Assembly: GCA_003252295.1 (NCBI GenBank) | Contig: QKEV01000007.1 | Coordinates: 9,632 to 73,631 of the forward strand | DNA length: 64,000 nt | From: a bacterium | GTDB taxonomy: Bacteria; Patescibacteriota; Minisyncoccia; Phycocordibacterales; UBA12088 | Reading direction: 5' to 3' | Shown here: positions 37,812 to 45,442 of the stretch, piece by piece | Numbering within the stretch: the first letter of the stretch is position 1 | Layout of the letters: each line of letters starts with the position of its first letter | Translations under genes and position numbers: made by a program | The notes under the pieces: generated by a model | Databases searched by the model: none | The model's input: the letters and a program-made list of their open reading frames with translations, nothing else | What the model was told of the DNA's origin: nothing

Positions 37812-38396
37812 CTATATTTTTTTTCTTAAAATTTGATGCTGAGGATAACCTTCGTCCGTTAATCCATAAGGCATAAGATCTGCACATTCCACGTTGAGTA
37901 GTACGGTCAAAGCTTCCTTTATTGTGTTGTATTTTTCTTTACCAAGCTTCTCTTCTTCGGTGACTCCAAAACGATACCAAGTGTAAAAGTGCCACAGTTC
38001 ATGCATTATATTTTTTCGAACAGTTTCCCTTGGGACAGTTACATACAAAAAATTATTTTCAATACTGTAAGGGTTTCTGTTGTTTACGGTTAAATAGGCT
38101 GTTATGTCTTGAGGCAACGTAACACCAAAAATTGCTTCTGCTCTTTTGTAATACTCGTTTGCTATTTGTAACCACTCTGTCAAATATTTTTCAATATATG
38201 TTTTGATGTTTACATTATGTCCCAGTAAATATTCATCAATGAAATTTGAAACAGTTTCCTCAGTCTGATTTTCACCATATTTTGTGATCAGCAGTTCATA
38301 AACCTTTGTTGGATTTGGGTTGTTGTTTGAGCTCTTACCTTTGTTGAGTAAACACCAAATATCTCTTTCTTTGTTGTATTCAAAAATAAGTTTCAT
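37812..38396 (-). CDS. Hypothetical protein with an HExxH motif (NIMHELWHFY)
   Basis: 194 aa. Repeat A copy 2 lies 15 bp upstream of its start. Confidence 0.4.
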   Translation of the reverse strand: MKLIFEYNKERDIWCLLNKGKSSNNNPNPTKVYELLITKYGENQTEETVSNFIDEYLLGHNVNIKTYIEKYLTEWLQIANEYYKRAEAIFGVTLPQDITAYLTVNNRNPYSIENNFLYVTVPRETVRKNIMHELWHFYTWYRFGVTEEEKLGKEKYNTIKEALTVLLNVECADLMPYGLTDEGYPQHQILRKKI

Positions 38397-38410
38397 AACA
38401 AAAGTATATC

Positions 38411-38476
38411 AGTTCTGAACACCCTATGTGGTGCTCTAAAATACATTGAAAAATATAGCTTTAAAATCTGTGACCC
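38411..38476 (+). repeat. Repeat A copy 2 (66 nt, exact), fused to a tRNA-Glu 3'-end-like sequence
   Basis: See copy 1. Here the repeat continues into CCACGGAGA…. Confidence 0.85.
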
Positions 38477-38650
38477 CACGGAGACGCTTCGCTATCGAAC
38501 TCGCTCCCTATGGTCGCTCTCATAAAACCCACGGTTTTATGATATTCCTCCACGGGAAACCAGCAGGTTTCCCGACCCCTTCCGCTGTTCGATTCTCCGA
38601 CAAAATCTAAGCAACAAAAAATACCCTAGTAAAAAACTAGAGTATTTTTT
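38470..38650 (-). pseudogene. Scrambled tRNA-Glu-derived fragments (degenerate att-site/tRNA remnant), not a functional tRNA
   Basis: A 17-nt direct repeat CTGTGACCCCACGGAGA matches the tRNA-Glu 3' end. Next to it are a T-arm-like segment carrying a 9-nt insertion and an oppositely oriented TTCGATTCTCCG fragment. No acceptor-stem pairing is possible. Confidence 0.4.
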
Positions 38651-38657
38651 GTCGCTG

Positions 38658-38729
38658 TGACCCCACGGAGAATCGAACTCCGATTACCAGGATGAAAACC
38701 TGGCGTCCTAGCCGTTAGACGATGGGGCC
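38658..38729 (-). tRNA. tRNA-Glu (anticodon UUC)
   Basis: GGCCCCATCGTCTAACGGCTAGGACGCCAGGTTTTCATCCTGGTAATCGGAGTTCGATTCTCCGTGGGGTCA folds as a canonical 72-nt cloverleaf: a 7-bp acceptor (one G-U pair), a 4-bp D-stem, a 5-bp anticodon stem, the anticodon loop UUUUCAU, T-loop TTCGATT and discriminator A. CCA is not encoded. Confidence 0.85.
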
Positions 38730-38805
38730 ATTTGTTGTTGCATGATTCTACAATATTTTCAGTAATTTTCAAAGTATTTTGCTGTTTACGTAAAAAATAT
38801 ATATA

Positions 38806-38840
38806 TTGACAATTTAAATATACATGCTTTAATAAAAATA
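38806..38840 (+). promoter_or_regulatory. Putative sigma-70 promoter (TTGACA-17 bp-TTAATA/TAATAA) for the 38876 gene
   Basis: Read directly; a strong AGGGAGGGG Shine-Dalgarno motif precedes the ATG. Confidence 0.35.
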
Positions 38841-38875
38841 GAATGGGTCAATAATTAAGCATAGGGAGGGGTGAT

Positions 38876-39328
38876 ATGAATACGATAGTGGAAAAAATTT
38901 TAAAGAAGCTTGAAAGGTGTGAAAGTTTTACTGCTATGTATCCAGTTGAACAGTGGCATGTTTTAGGTATTCCTATTGCTATTCAGGAGACGATTAATAG
39001 AATTGATGTTAACTCAGATGCTTCCCTTGTAACACTGCTGGATGCCGTGATACACGCAAACGAGCAGTTTGAGAAATGGGTTGATAATGAGTGGTGTGCA
39101 ATTAGTTATCATGATCCAAGGTATATTAAAATCAGACGAGTAGCTAAACTGCAGAAACTCTGTGACCATCACATTGATATCCTTCGGTGTTCAAACGTGG
39201 TAACAGAATTTTTAATGTTATCGCTCGTTACGCAGTTTGGCAGTCGTATGCAAAATCTGTGGCAAGAGAACCTGCTCACCATTTCAAACGTGTTATTGCT
39301 TGAGCCGGAGCTGATATTTGGCTACTAA
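38876..39328 (+). CDS. Hypothetical protein
   Basis: 150-aa ORF with a strong Shine-Dalgarno motif and a terminator after it; I recognise no domain. Confidence 0.5.
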   Translation: MNTIVEKILKKLERCESFTAMYPVEQWHVLGIPIAIQETINRIDVNSDASLVTLLDAVIHANEQFEKWVDNEWCAISYHDPRYIKIRRVAKLQKLCDHHIDILRCSNVVTEFLMLSLVTQFGSRMQNLWQENLLTISNVLLLEPELIFGY

Positions 39329-39335
39329 ACACTCG

Positions 39336-39370
39336 AAACGCCCTTGGCAGTATGCCAAGGGCGTTTTCTC
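39336..39370 (+). terminator. Intrinsic terminator (12-bp perfect stem AAACGCCCTTGG / CCAAGGGCGTTT)
   Basis: Read directly. Confidence 0.6.
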
Positions 39371-39378
39371 AATATAAG

Positions 39379-39406
39379 TTGACAGTACTTATTATGGGTA
39401 TATACT
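39379..39406 (+). promoter_or_regulatory. Sigma-70 promoter (TTGACA-16 bp-TATACT) for the DUF5320/DUF134 pair
   Basis: Read directly. Confidence 0.45.
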
Positions 39407-39439
39407 CATAATAATATTATAAACATAACAAAAAGTAAC

Positions 39440-39655
39440 ATGCCTAATTTTGACAAAACAGGTCCAACCGGCAATGGCCCAACAGGGTTTGGTCGTGGTG
39501 GATGTAACTGTAGAGACGGTAACACTACTCCCTGCCCACAAGGACGTGGGTTTGGAGTAGCAGCTCAAGATATGACTCTTGATGAAGAGGAGAAGATGCT
39601 TGAGGAACGTCTTATTGCCATTCGTAAGGTAAAAACTGAGCAAAAGGAAGCGTAG
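39440..39655 (+). CDS. DUF5320-like small protein (Gly/Pro-rich N-terminus, C-terminal coiled coil)
   Basis: MPNFDKTGPTGNGPTGFGRGGC… resembles the MPRGDGTGP.G.GP.TGRG motif of DUF5320 as I remember it. Confidence 0.45.
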   Translation: MPNFDKTGPTGNGPTGFGRGGCNCRDGNTTPCPQGRGFGVAAQDMTLDEEEKMLEERLIAIRKVKTEQKEA

Positions 39656-39656
39656 T

Positions 39657-39929
39657 ATGCCTAGACCTCGTTTACGACGACACATGTGTGGTACACCAGC
39701 GGTAAAGTTTTACAAGCCTGCCGGTGTCCCACTTCGTGGTATGCAGGTTGAGGAGCTCACCCATGAGGAATGGGAAGCACTTCGTCTTCGCTACATAGAG
39801 AAGCTCGACCAGACCACATCAGCTGAGCGTATGGAAACCTCTCAGAGTACATTGCAACGCATACTTGCAAGTGCTCATGAAAAAGTATGTACAGCTATTG
39901 TGACAGGTAAGGCGGTTCGCGTGGAGTAG
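39657..39929 (+). CDS. DUF134/UPF0251 family putative DNA-binding protein
   Basis: MPRPRLRRHMCGTPAVKFYKPAGVP…LTHEEWEALRL… matches the DUF134 consensus (MPRP…FKP.G.P…LT.EE.EA.RL). Confidence 0.55.
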   Translation: MPRPRLRRHMCGTPAVKFYKPAGVPLRGMQVEELTHEEWEALRLRYIEKLDQTTSAERMETSQSTLQRILASAHEKVCTAIVTGKAVRVE

Positions 39930-39962
39930 ACACTCTCAGTGTATAAATGAGACAATATTGCT

Positions 39963-40580
39963 ATGAGTAAAAAAGTGCTCATAGCAATTTTTATTTTCCT
40001 CCTTATATTTTTCTATATGGTTTTTCATGATACCCACACGGTAACTGACTTCCCTACCCGAAGTGGCCCTATTGTTGCATTTGGTGACTCACTTACTGAA
40101 GGATATGGAACAACAAAAGGTCACAACTACGTTGATATTCTTGCTCAGCGTATTGGTGAAGAGATCATCAACATGGGTGTTTCTGGTAATACAACTACTG
40201 ATGCCCTGCTTCGCATGGACGAGCTCGTTGCACAAGAGCCACGCTTAGTAATACTACTTTTGGGTGGTAATGATACTTTGCGACAAATGCCAGCTGAGCT
40301 CACTGAACAAAACCTCCGAGACATTATCGAAACACTTCATGACGAGGGTACGGCTGTGCTTCTTGTGGGAGTTTCAGGTGGTTTTGCCAATGCACAACGC
40401 TACGCAGATATGTTTGAAGAACTTGCTGATGAGTATGAACTCGCGTTTGTTCCCAATATACTCAAAGGTCTCATTGGTAGGAGTGAGTACATGTACGATG
40501 CTATACACCCTAATGACACTGGTCATGTAAAAATGGCGGACAGAATAGAACCTGAGCTGAGAATGCTTATTGAGAAGTGA
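39963..40580 (+). CDS. SGNH/GDSL hydrolase (TesA-like arylesterase/lipase), TM-anchored
   Basis: Block I FGDSLTEG, block III GGNDT and block V DAIHPN. Confidence 0.8.
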   Translation: MSKKVLIAIFIFLLIFFYMVFHDTHTVTDFPTRSGPIVAFGDSLTEGYGTTKGHNYVDILAQRIGEEIINMGVSGNTTTDALLRMDELVAQEPRLVILLLGGNDTLRQMPAELTEQNLRDIIETLHDEGTAVLLVGVSGGFANAQRYADMFEELADEYELAFVPNILKGLIGRSEYMYDAIHPNDTGHVKMADRIEPELRMLIEK

Positions 40581-40594
40581 GAACTCCGCTTAAA

Positions 40595-41416
40595 TTAGAT
40601 AAAGAGAAATACCACGAACGCAAGTACTATTCGATAAATCACAAACACATGTAGCGTGTGGTTCTTGAGAAAACGTAGTAAATAGTGGATGCAGAGAAGT
40701 CCAGATGAAAAAGCAACAAGTGAAGCAAAAAGTATAATGAACCATTCACTTTGTGGAAGCCCTGCTTCACCAAGTTCTATGAGTTTCAGTAACCCTGCAC
40801 CAAAAATAACTGGAATAGAAAGTAGGAAGGCAAAACGTGCAGATTGTTCCCTGCTGAGACCCATGAGCATACCACCTGAGATGGTGGCACCTGAGCGTGA
40901 CATACCTGGTAAGAGTGCAAGTGACTGGAAGAAGCCAACAGTGGTGGCAGTTTTTACAGTGAGTTCTTTGTGTTTGGTAAATCTTTTTGTGACACGTTCT
41001 GCGTAAAGGAAAAGCAGTGAGCCAAGTATGAGTATCCATGCCACAAACTTTGGTTCACGGAAAATTGTTTCTATTTTACTTTCAAGCAACAAACCAAGAA
41101 CAACAGCTGGTATGGTGCCGACAATGAGTCCATACAGTAGTGTTTTGTTACTTGTTTCAACCTCTTTTCTTCTGAGCAGGTCAAACAATGACTGGAGCAG
41201 TTTATAGATATCTTTTCTGAAGTAGATGAGGACCGCGAGAACTGTTGCAAAGTGTAGGGTAGCATCAACCGCAAGACCTGGGTCTGTTTCCATACCGAGT
41301 AGTTCATGTGCAATAACCAGGTGTCCTGTTGAGGAAACCGGTAGAAATTCTGTTACACCTTGCAGTAGGCCAAGTATGAGTGCGTCAATGTATGTCATAC
41401 GGTATAAATGGTACAC
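40595..41416 (-). CDS. uppP: Undecaprenyl-diphosphatase UppP/BacA
   Basis: TEFLPVSSTGHL motif and 8 TM. Confidence 0.9.
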   Translation of the reverse strand: MYHLYRMTYIDALILGLLQGVTEFLPVSSTGHLVIAHELLGMETDPGLAVDATLHFATVLAVLIYFRKDIYKLLQSLFDLLRRKEVETSNKTLLYGLIVGTIPAVVLGLLLESKIETIFREPKFVAWILILGSLLFLYAERVTKRFTKHKELTVKTATTVGFFQSLALLPGMSRSGATISGGMLMGLSREQSARFAFLLSIPVIFGAGLLKLIELGEAGLPQSEWFIILFASLVAFSSGLLCIHYLLRFLKNHTLHVFVIYRIVLAFVVFLFI

Positions 41417-41447
41417 TATAGAGTATCAGTAAACCAAACATTTAACC

Positions 41448-42347
41448 ATGTTACAGAAATATCGTTTTATTGTCTTTACCTTTTTTGTTTGTCTTGCGGT
41501 CATTGGTCTTGTGTATGCAAAGTACCATGGTATTGCAAAAGATGCAGAACAAGAGCAAGAAGCTGCGGCTGAACAAGCTGCACTTGAAGATTTAAGCTTT
41601 GTGCGTGGTATACAACCTGACGATCATATTCTTGGCAACCCCAAGGCACCTATTGTATTTTTTGTATACTCTGATTTTGGTTGTACGTACTGTAAGGATT
41701 ACCATAAAACAATGCGACTTTTGACGCAGGTGTATGGAGGTGATGGAAAAATGGCTTGGGTCTTTAGACATTTACCGTATGTGCAGCTTCATCCAGAAGC
41801 ACCAATGTATGCGCTCGCAAGCGAGTGTGTTGCTTCAGAACTTGGTAATGATGCGTTTTGGGCATACACCAATCTTCTATTTGAAAATGCTGACCCACTC
41901 AACCCACTTAGTGCAAGTACGCTCGTGGAGCTTGCAGCAAGTGTTGGTGTAAACAGACAAACATTTGTTACCTGTATGCGTTCAAATGAACTTATGGATG
42001 GTGTACAAGAGGATTTTGAGGAAGGTATGACTGCAGGTGCGCAAGGTACACCATATACTATCGTTGAAACACCAGATGGTCGCTTTGTGTATCAAGGTGC
42101 ACAACCGTACCGTGTTCTTGCGATAGCTCTACAAGATGCGGTTCGTGCCTATGGTGTTAATGAAATTATGTCACCAGACAAATCATCCTCTGTTGGTCGT
42201 GAATACATGAATGATTTTGATGCAATGTTCGCAAGTACTACAGCAAGTACTAGTTCTAGTACACCAACCCCAACTCCTACACCTGTGACAACCCCTGCAC
42301 CAAGCTCAGGTGCAGGTAGTATTCTTGATGGCATTATCACAGACTAG
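41448..42347 (+). CDS. DsbA-like thiol:disulfide oxidoreductase, membrane-anchored
   Basis: N-terminal TM, thioredoxin fold with CTYC active site, and a C-terminal Pro/Thr-rich linker. Confidence 0.75.
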   Translation: MLQKYRFIVFTFFVCLAVIGLVYAKYHGIAKDAEQEQEAAAEQAALEDLSFVRGIQPDDHILGNPKAPIVFFVYSDFGCTYCKDYHKTMRLLTQVYGGDGKMAWVFRHLPYVQLHPEAPMYALASECVASELGNDAFWAYTNLLFENADPLNPLSASTLVELAASVGVNRQTFVTCMRSNELMDGVQEDFEEGMTAGAQGTPYTIVETPDGRFVYQGAQPYRVLAIALQDAVRAYGVNEIMSPDKSSSVGREYMNDFDAMFASTTASTSSSTPTPTPTPVTTPAPSSGAGSILDGIITD

Positions 42348-45300
42348 TTCTTTTCACTAGTATCCATCATGTCTCGAAGTGCACATGCACTACACTCAGG
42401 ATCACCACAACGTTCATCCCAGAATGAAAGTGATGTTATTTTTTGAGCTATGTCACGTATGGTTGTTTTGAGCTCCTCAACCTCAACATTGGTGATCTCA
42501 AACACCTCTTTCTTGTAGTTACCACTTGCCATTGGTTCAAGAAAATCAAGAACAGCTTCCTTCATGCGATACTGTCCTTCATTGAACGTATCGAGAAGTA
42601 GTTTATAAAAAACAAGCTGACGTTTATAACCACCACTGCCTGGTGTGTTTTTTGCACTCTGTGTGGTACCCTCTATCTCATTGCGACTCCTAGGCTTACC
42701 TGTTTTGTAGTCGACAACTCGCACCTCGTGACAACGATCATCAAGACACATAAGGGTGTCAAACTTACCAGTGAGACGTATAGTATTATCAAGTAGAACC
42801 CCACGCACCAAGAGTTCATTTTTTGTTTTTTCTTCCCATGTGCCAGAGTACTTGCTGTGCCACCCAGTGAGTGACGCAGTCATTTCTTTTATGATCCGTT
42901 CAAGTGTTTGTTGGTCAATATCTGCCTCCTCCATGTACTTTGCAAAGGAATCAGTAAGGAACTGTGCGGGCGTATCAGGGTTTCTATTTCTCATGTTAAA
43001 GAAGTCTTCCAGTGCATGGTGTACAGCAGTACCTTTCTGTTGTTGTGCAGTTGGAACAAACTGTGTATGAAAAAAACTTTCATAGAACCATCTCCATGGA
43101 CAGGTTAAAAAGTTGTTGACTGCTGTTGCAGAAAGTCCTCGTTCTTCAAACGCACTCTTAACAAACTCAAGATACTTTTCACGACCATGTCTTCCTTGTC
43201 GTTCAACAAAGAGTGGTGGACGCTTTCCTGCATAGCCAAGTTCAATCCCCGTTTTGTAGGTTTTGCAGTCCTCTGTAATCTCTTCGATAAACTGTGTCGG
43301 AACACGATCACGACCATCAGGTGACCGTGCTGCGTAACTGATGAATACATCTTTGCGGGCGCGTGTTATTGCCACATAGAAGAGACGACGTTCATCATCA
43401 GTATCGTCGTCGATTAAAACAGTAGCACCGCTCCGGTATGGAAGTGTGAAGTATGACCCTTTCCGTTTGCCACCCCAGTGTCCGTCGTAGCTATTAATGA
43501 TATACACGTAGTCAAACTCAAGACCTTTTGCCTTATGTGCTGTCATGAGTCGTACAGAGTTTGGTACCTGACGTGACTTAGCTTCAAGGGTGAGGTTGTG
43601 CTCCTCCAGTATGCGCAGGAACACCTCATAGTCATCAAGTGTAAAGAATGGGTTTCGATAAACATGTGATTTCATTTCATCAAAAAGGCGCACCAGTTTA
43701 TCAAACTTCTCTGCATGGAATGATGAATTTTGTATGTGCTCAAGGAGACCTGACTCACGTACTACTGTTTCAAAGAGAATGAGGAAAGGTTCATTTTCAG
43801 CTATCGATTTCCAACGTTTTATTTTTTTTGCGAGCAACGCAATCGCTTCCGGTTTGGTGTACTCGCACATACCAGGTTTTGTAAGTACTTCAAAAACAGA
43901 AACCTTTTCCTTTTGTGCCGTTTTGAGTATGGTGAAGACATCTTGTACGTCGATACCGAGAAAGTGTATGAAGAGTAGCTTTGCAAGACAGTCGTCATCG
44001 GTGAGGTCAGCAATGCTTCGTAAGAGCATATTGAGCTTTCGAATGTCTGGATCATCAAGTACTCCATGACCAGATTCAATGAGAAATGGAATATTGAGGC
44101 GTTCAAAATAGTCAGCAATTGACTCAACGTCTCTATTGTTTCTGAATAGGACTGCTATTTCGTGCGCGGGAACCCCTTCTTGTATTTGTGCTTTTATTGA
44201 CTCTGCGAGATAGAGAAGCTCTTCATCGTCAGCGTCAAACGTGTATATTTTTGCAGAAATGTCCTGGTTTTTTTGAGGCTGTGTATAAGCAATGAGTGGT
44301 GCATCAATGGTGTCTTTGTTTTTCTTTATAAGTGAGTGTGCAGCATCAAGAACACCTTGATGGCTTCGGTAGTTTGTCTCAAGAGTGATTCTCGTGACAT
44401 TGGTGAACATCTTTTCAAAGTAGAGAAAGTTTGAAAGTGAAGCGCCTTGAAAACGAAAAATTGCCTGCTTTTCATCACCAACCACAAAGAGGTTTGGAGA
44501 ATCAAAGTAGGTTGCTAAAAGTTCTAGAATACGGTTTTGTGCACCATTGGTATCTTGATGTTCATCAACAAGAAAGTACTGGTACTCTTCTTGCAGTTCA
44601 CGGAGAAAGTCTTCATGAGTATCCATTGCCTCAATCAGCATGAGGAGTGAGTCGTCAAAATCATATCGTTTCCTTCGTGCAAGTTCATCTTGGTAGCGTC
44701 CAAAAAGGTAGCTGAGCTCTTCATTTTTTTCTATGGTACGTTGCTCCTTCTGACAGGCCCCTTTCATTTTTCCCTTATGTGCCCCTTTAGTATGGTAGAG
44801 GTCATCCCTGCTTTGAAAAGTAGTTCGTTCCTGTTCTACCCACTCAGCAAATGTCTTAGGTGTAAGTCCTTCGCGTTTGAGACTTGAGAGTGCACTGATT
44901 ATTTTAGGGACATTGTGATACGGTTCATTGATCGGTTTAAGTATTTCAAAGTGTCCACCGTCAATGATGCTACGAACAATATCAATACGTTCTACTTCAC
45001 TACAGTTACTTCTTCCTATGATCTGCTCAAAGCGTTCCGGATAGGTGTCGATGAGATGGTTAGCAAAGCTGTGAAAGGTAAAGATGGAAACTTGGTAACC
45101 ATCACTTCCTATTATTGACACGAGACGCTTGCGCATGTTTGCAGCAGCAGCGTTAGTAAAAGTGAGTGCTAGTATAGCATCAGCAGGAACATCACTGTTC
45201 TTGAGGATGTTTGCAATGCGTAATGTGAGAATTTGTGTTTTCCCTGTCCCTGGACCTGCAATAACCATGACAGGACCCTCAGTGGTATCTACTGCACGCT

Positions 45301-45358
45301 TTTGTTCACGGTTGAGCATGCTGTAGAGGCGATCAAACTCTTTTGAGGTATTCTGCAT
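42344..45358 (-). CDS. UvrD/PcrA-like SF1 helicase fused to a C-terminal PD-(D/E)xK RecB-family nuclease with Fe-S cysteines (AddA/Cas4-like)
   Basis: Helicase motifs (AGPGTGKT, DExQD-like VDEHQDTN) and a C-terminal nuclease motif VVDYKTGKP. Cys residues (CHEVRV…CGDPECSAC) match the Cas4/AddB Fe-S cluster pattern. Confidence 0.8.
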   Translation of the reverse strand: MQNTSKEFDRLYSMLNREQKRAVDTTEGPVMVIAGPGTGKTQILTLRIANILKNSDVPADAILALTFTNAAAANMRKRLVSIIGSDGYQVSIFTFHSFANHLIDTYPERFEQIIGRSNCSEVERIDIVRSIIDGGHFEILKPINEPYHNVPKIISALSSLKREGLTPKTFAEWVEQERTTFQSRDDLYHTKGAHKGKMKGACQKEQRTIEKNEELSYLFGRYQDELARRKRYDFDDSLLMLIEAMDTHEDFLRELQEEYQYFLVDEHQDTNGAQNRILELLATYFDSPNLFVVGDEKQAIFRFQGASLSNFLYFEKMFTNVTRITLETNYRSHQGVLDAAHSLIKKNKDTIDAPLIAYTQPQKNQDISAKIYTFDADDEELLYLAESIKAQIQEGVPAHEIAVLFRNNRDVESIADYFERLNIPFLIESGHGVLDDPDIRKLNMLLRSIADLTDDDCLAKLLFIHFLGIDVQDVFTILKTAQKEKVSVFEVLTKPGMCEYTKPEAIALLAKKIKRWKSIAENEPFLILFETVVRESGLLEHIQNSSFHAEKFDKLVRLFDEMKSHVYRNPFFTLDDYEVFLRILEEHNLTLEAKSRQVPNSVRLMTAHKAKGLEFDYVYIINSYDGHWGGKRKGSYFTLPYRSGATVLIDDDTDDERRLFYVAITRARKDVFISYAARSPDGRDRVPTQFIEEITEDCKTYKTGIELGYAGKRPPLFVERQGRHGREKYLEFVKSAFEERGLSATAVNNFLTCPWRWFYESFFHTQFVPTAQQQKGTAVHHALEDFFNMRNRNPDTPAQFLTDSFAKYMEEADIDQQTLERIIKEMTASLTGWHSKYSGTWEEKTKNELLVRGVLLDNTIRLTGKFDTLMCLDDRCHEVRVVDYKTGKPRSRNEIEGTTQSAKNTPGSGGYKRQLVFYKLLLDTFNEGQYRMKEAVLDFLEPMASGNYKKEVFEITNVEVEELKTTIRDIAQKITSLSFWDERCGDPECSACALRDMMDTSEKN

Positions 45359-45442
45359 GGAGAGAGTATAGCACGGAGCAGAAAAGTTTTTTTAATTACA
45401 TAAATACACCCTGAGATGTCTCAGGGTGTATTGTGATTTTTA

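Larger units (their letters stand above)
34246..38657. mobile_element. AT-rich tRNA-Glu-associated genomic islet (about 4.4 kb) lacking an integrase
   Basis: GC content drops from ~34260. The islet is bounded by the tRNA-Glu 3' end (38658) and a degenerate copy of the same core (GTGACTGACCCC, 34246). It carries internal GTGACCC core copies (36127, 37001, 38472) and repeat families A, B and C. Confidence 0.4.

Noticed and set aside
38477-38650. Second tRNA gene, possibly intron-containing, adjacent to tRNA-Glu
   Set aside because: No 5' strand can pair with the UGGGGUC acceptor 3' strand. The T-arm carries a 9-nt insertion and cannot form a 5-bp stem, so it is interpreted as tRNA-derived debris.
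34246-38657. Integron-like cassette array
   Set aside because: Cargo genes lie in both orientations, each has its own Shine-Dalgarno motif or promoter-like context, no attC (R''/R') sites are visible, and no intI is present.
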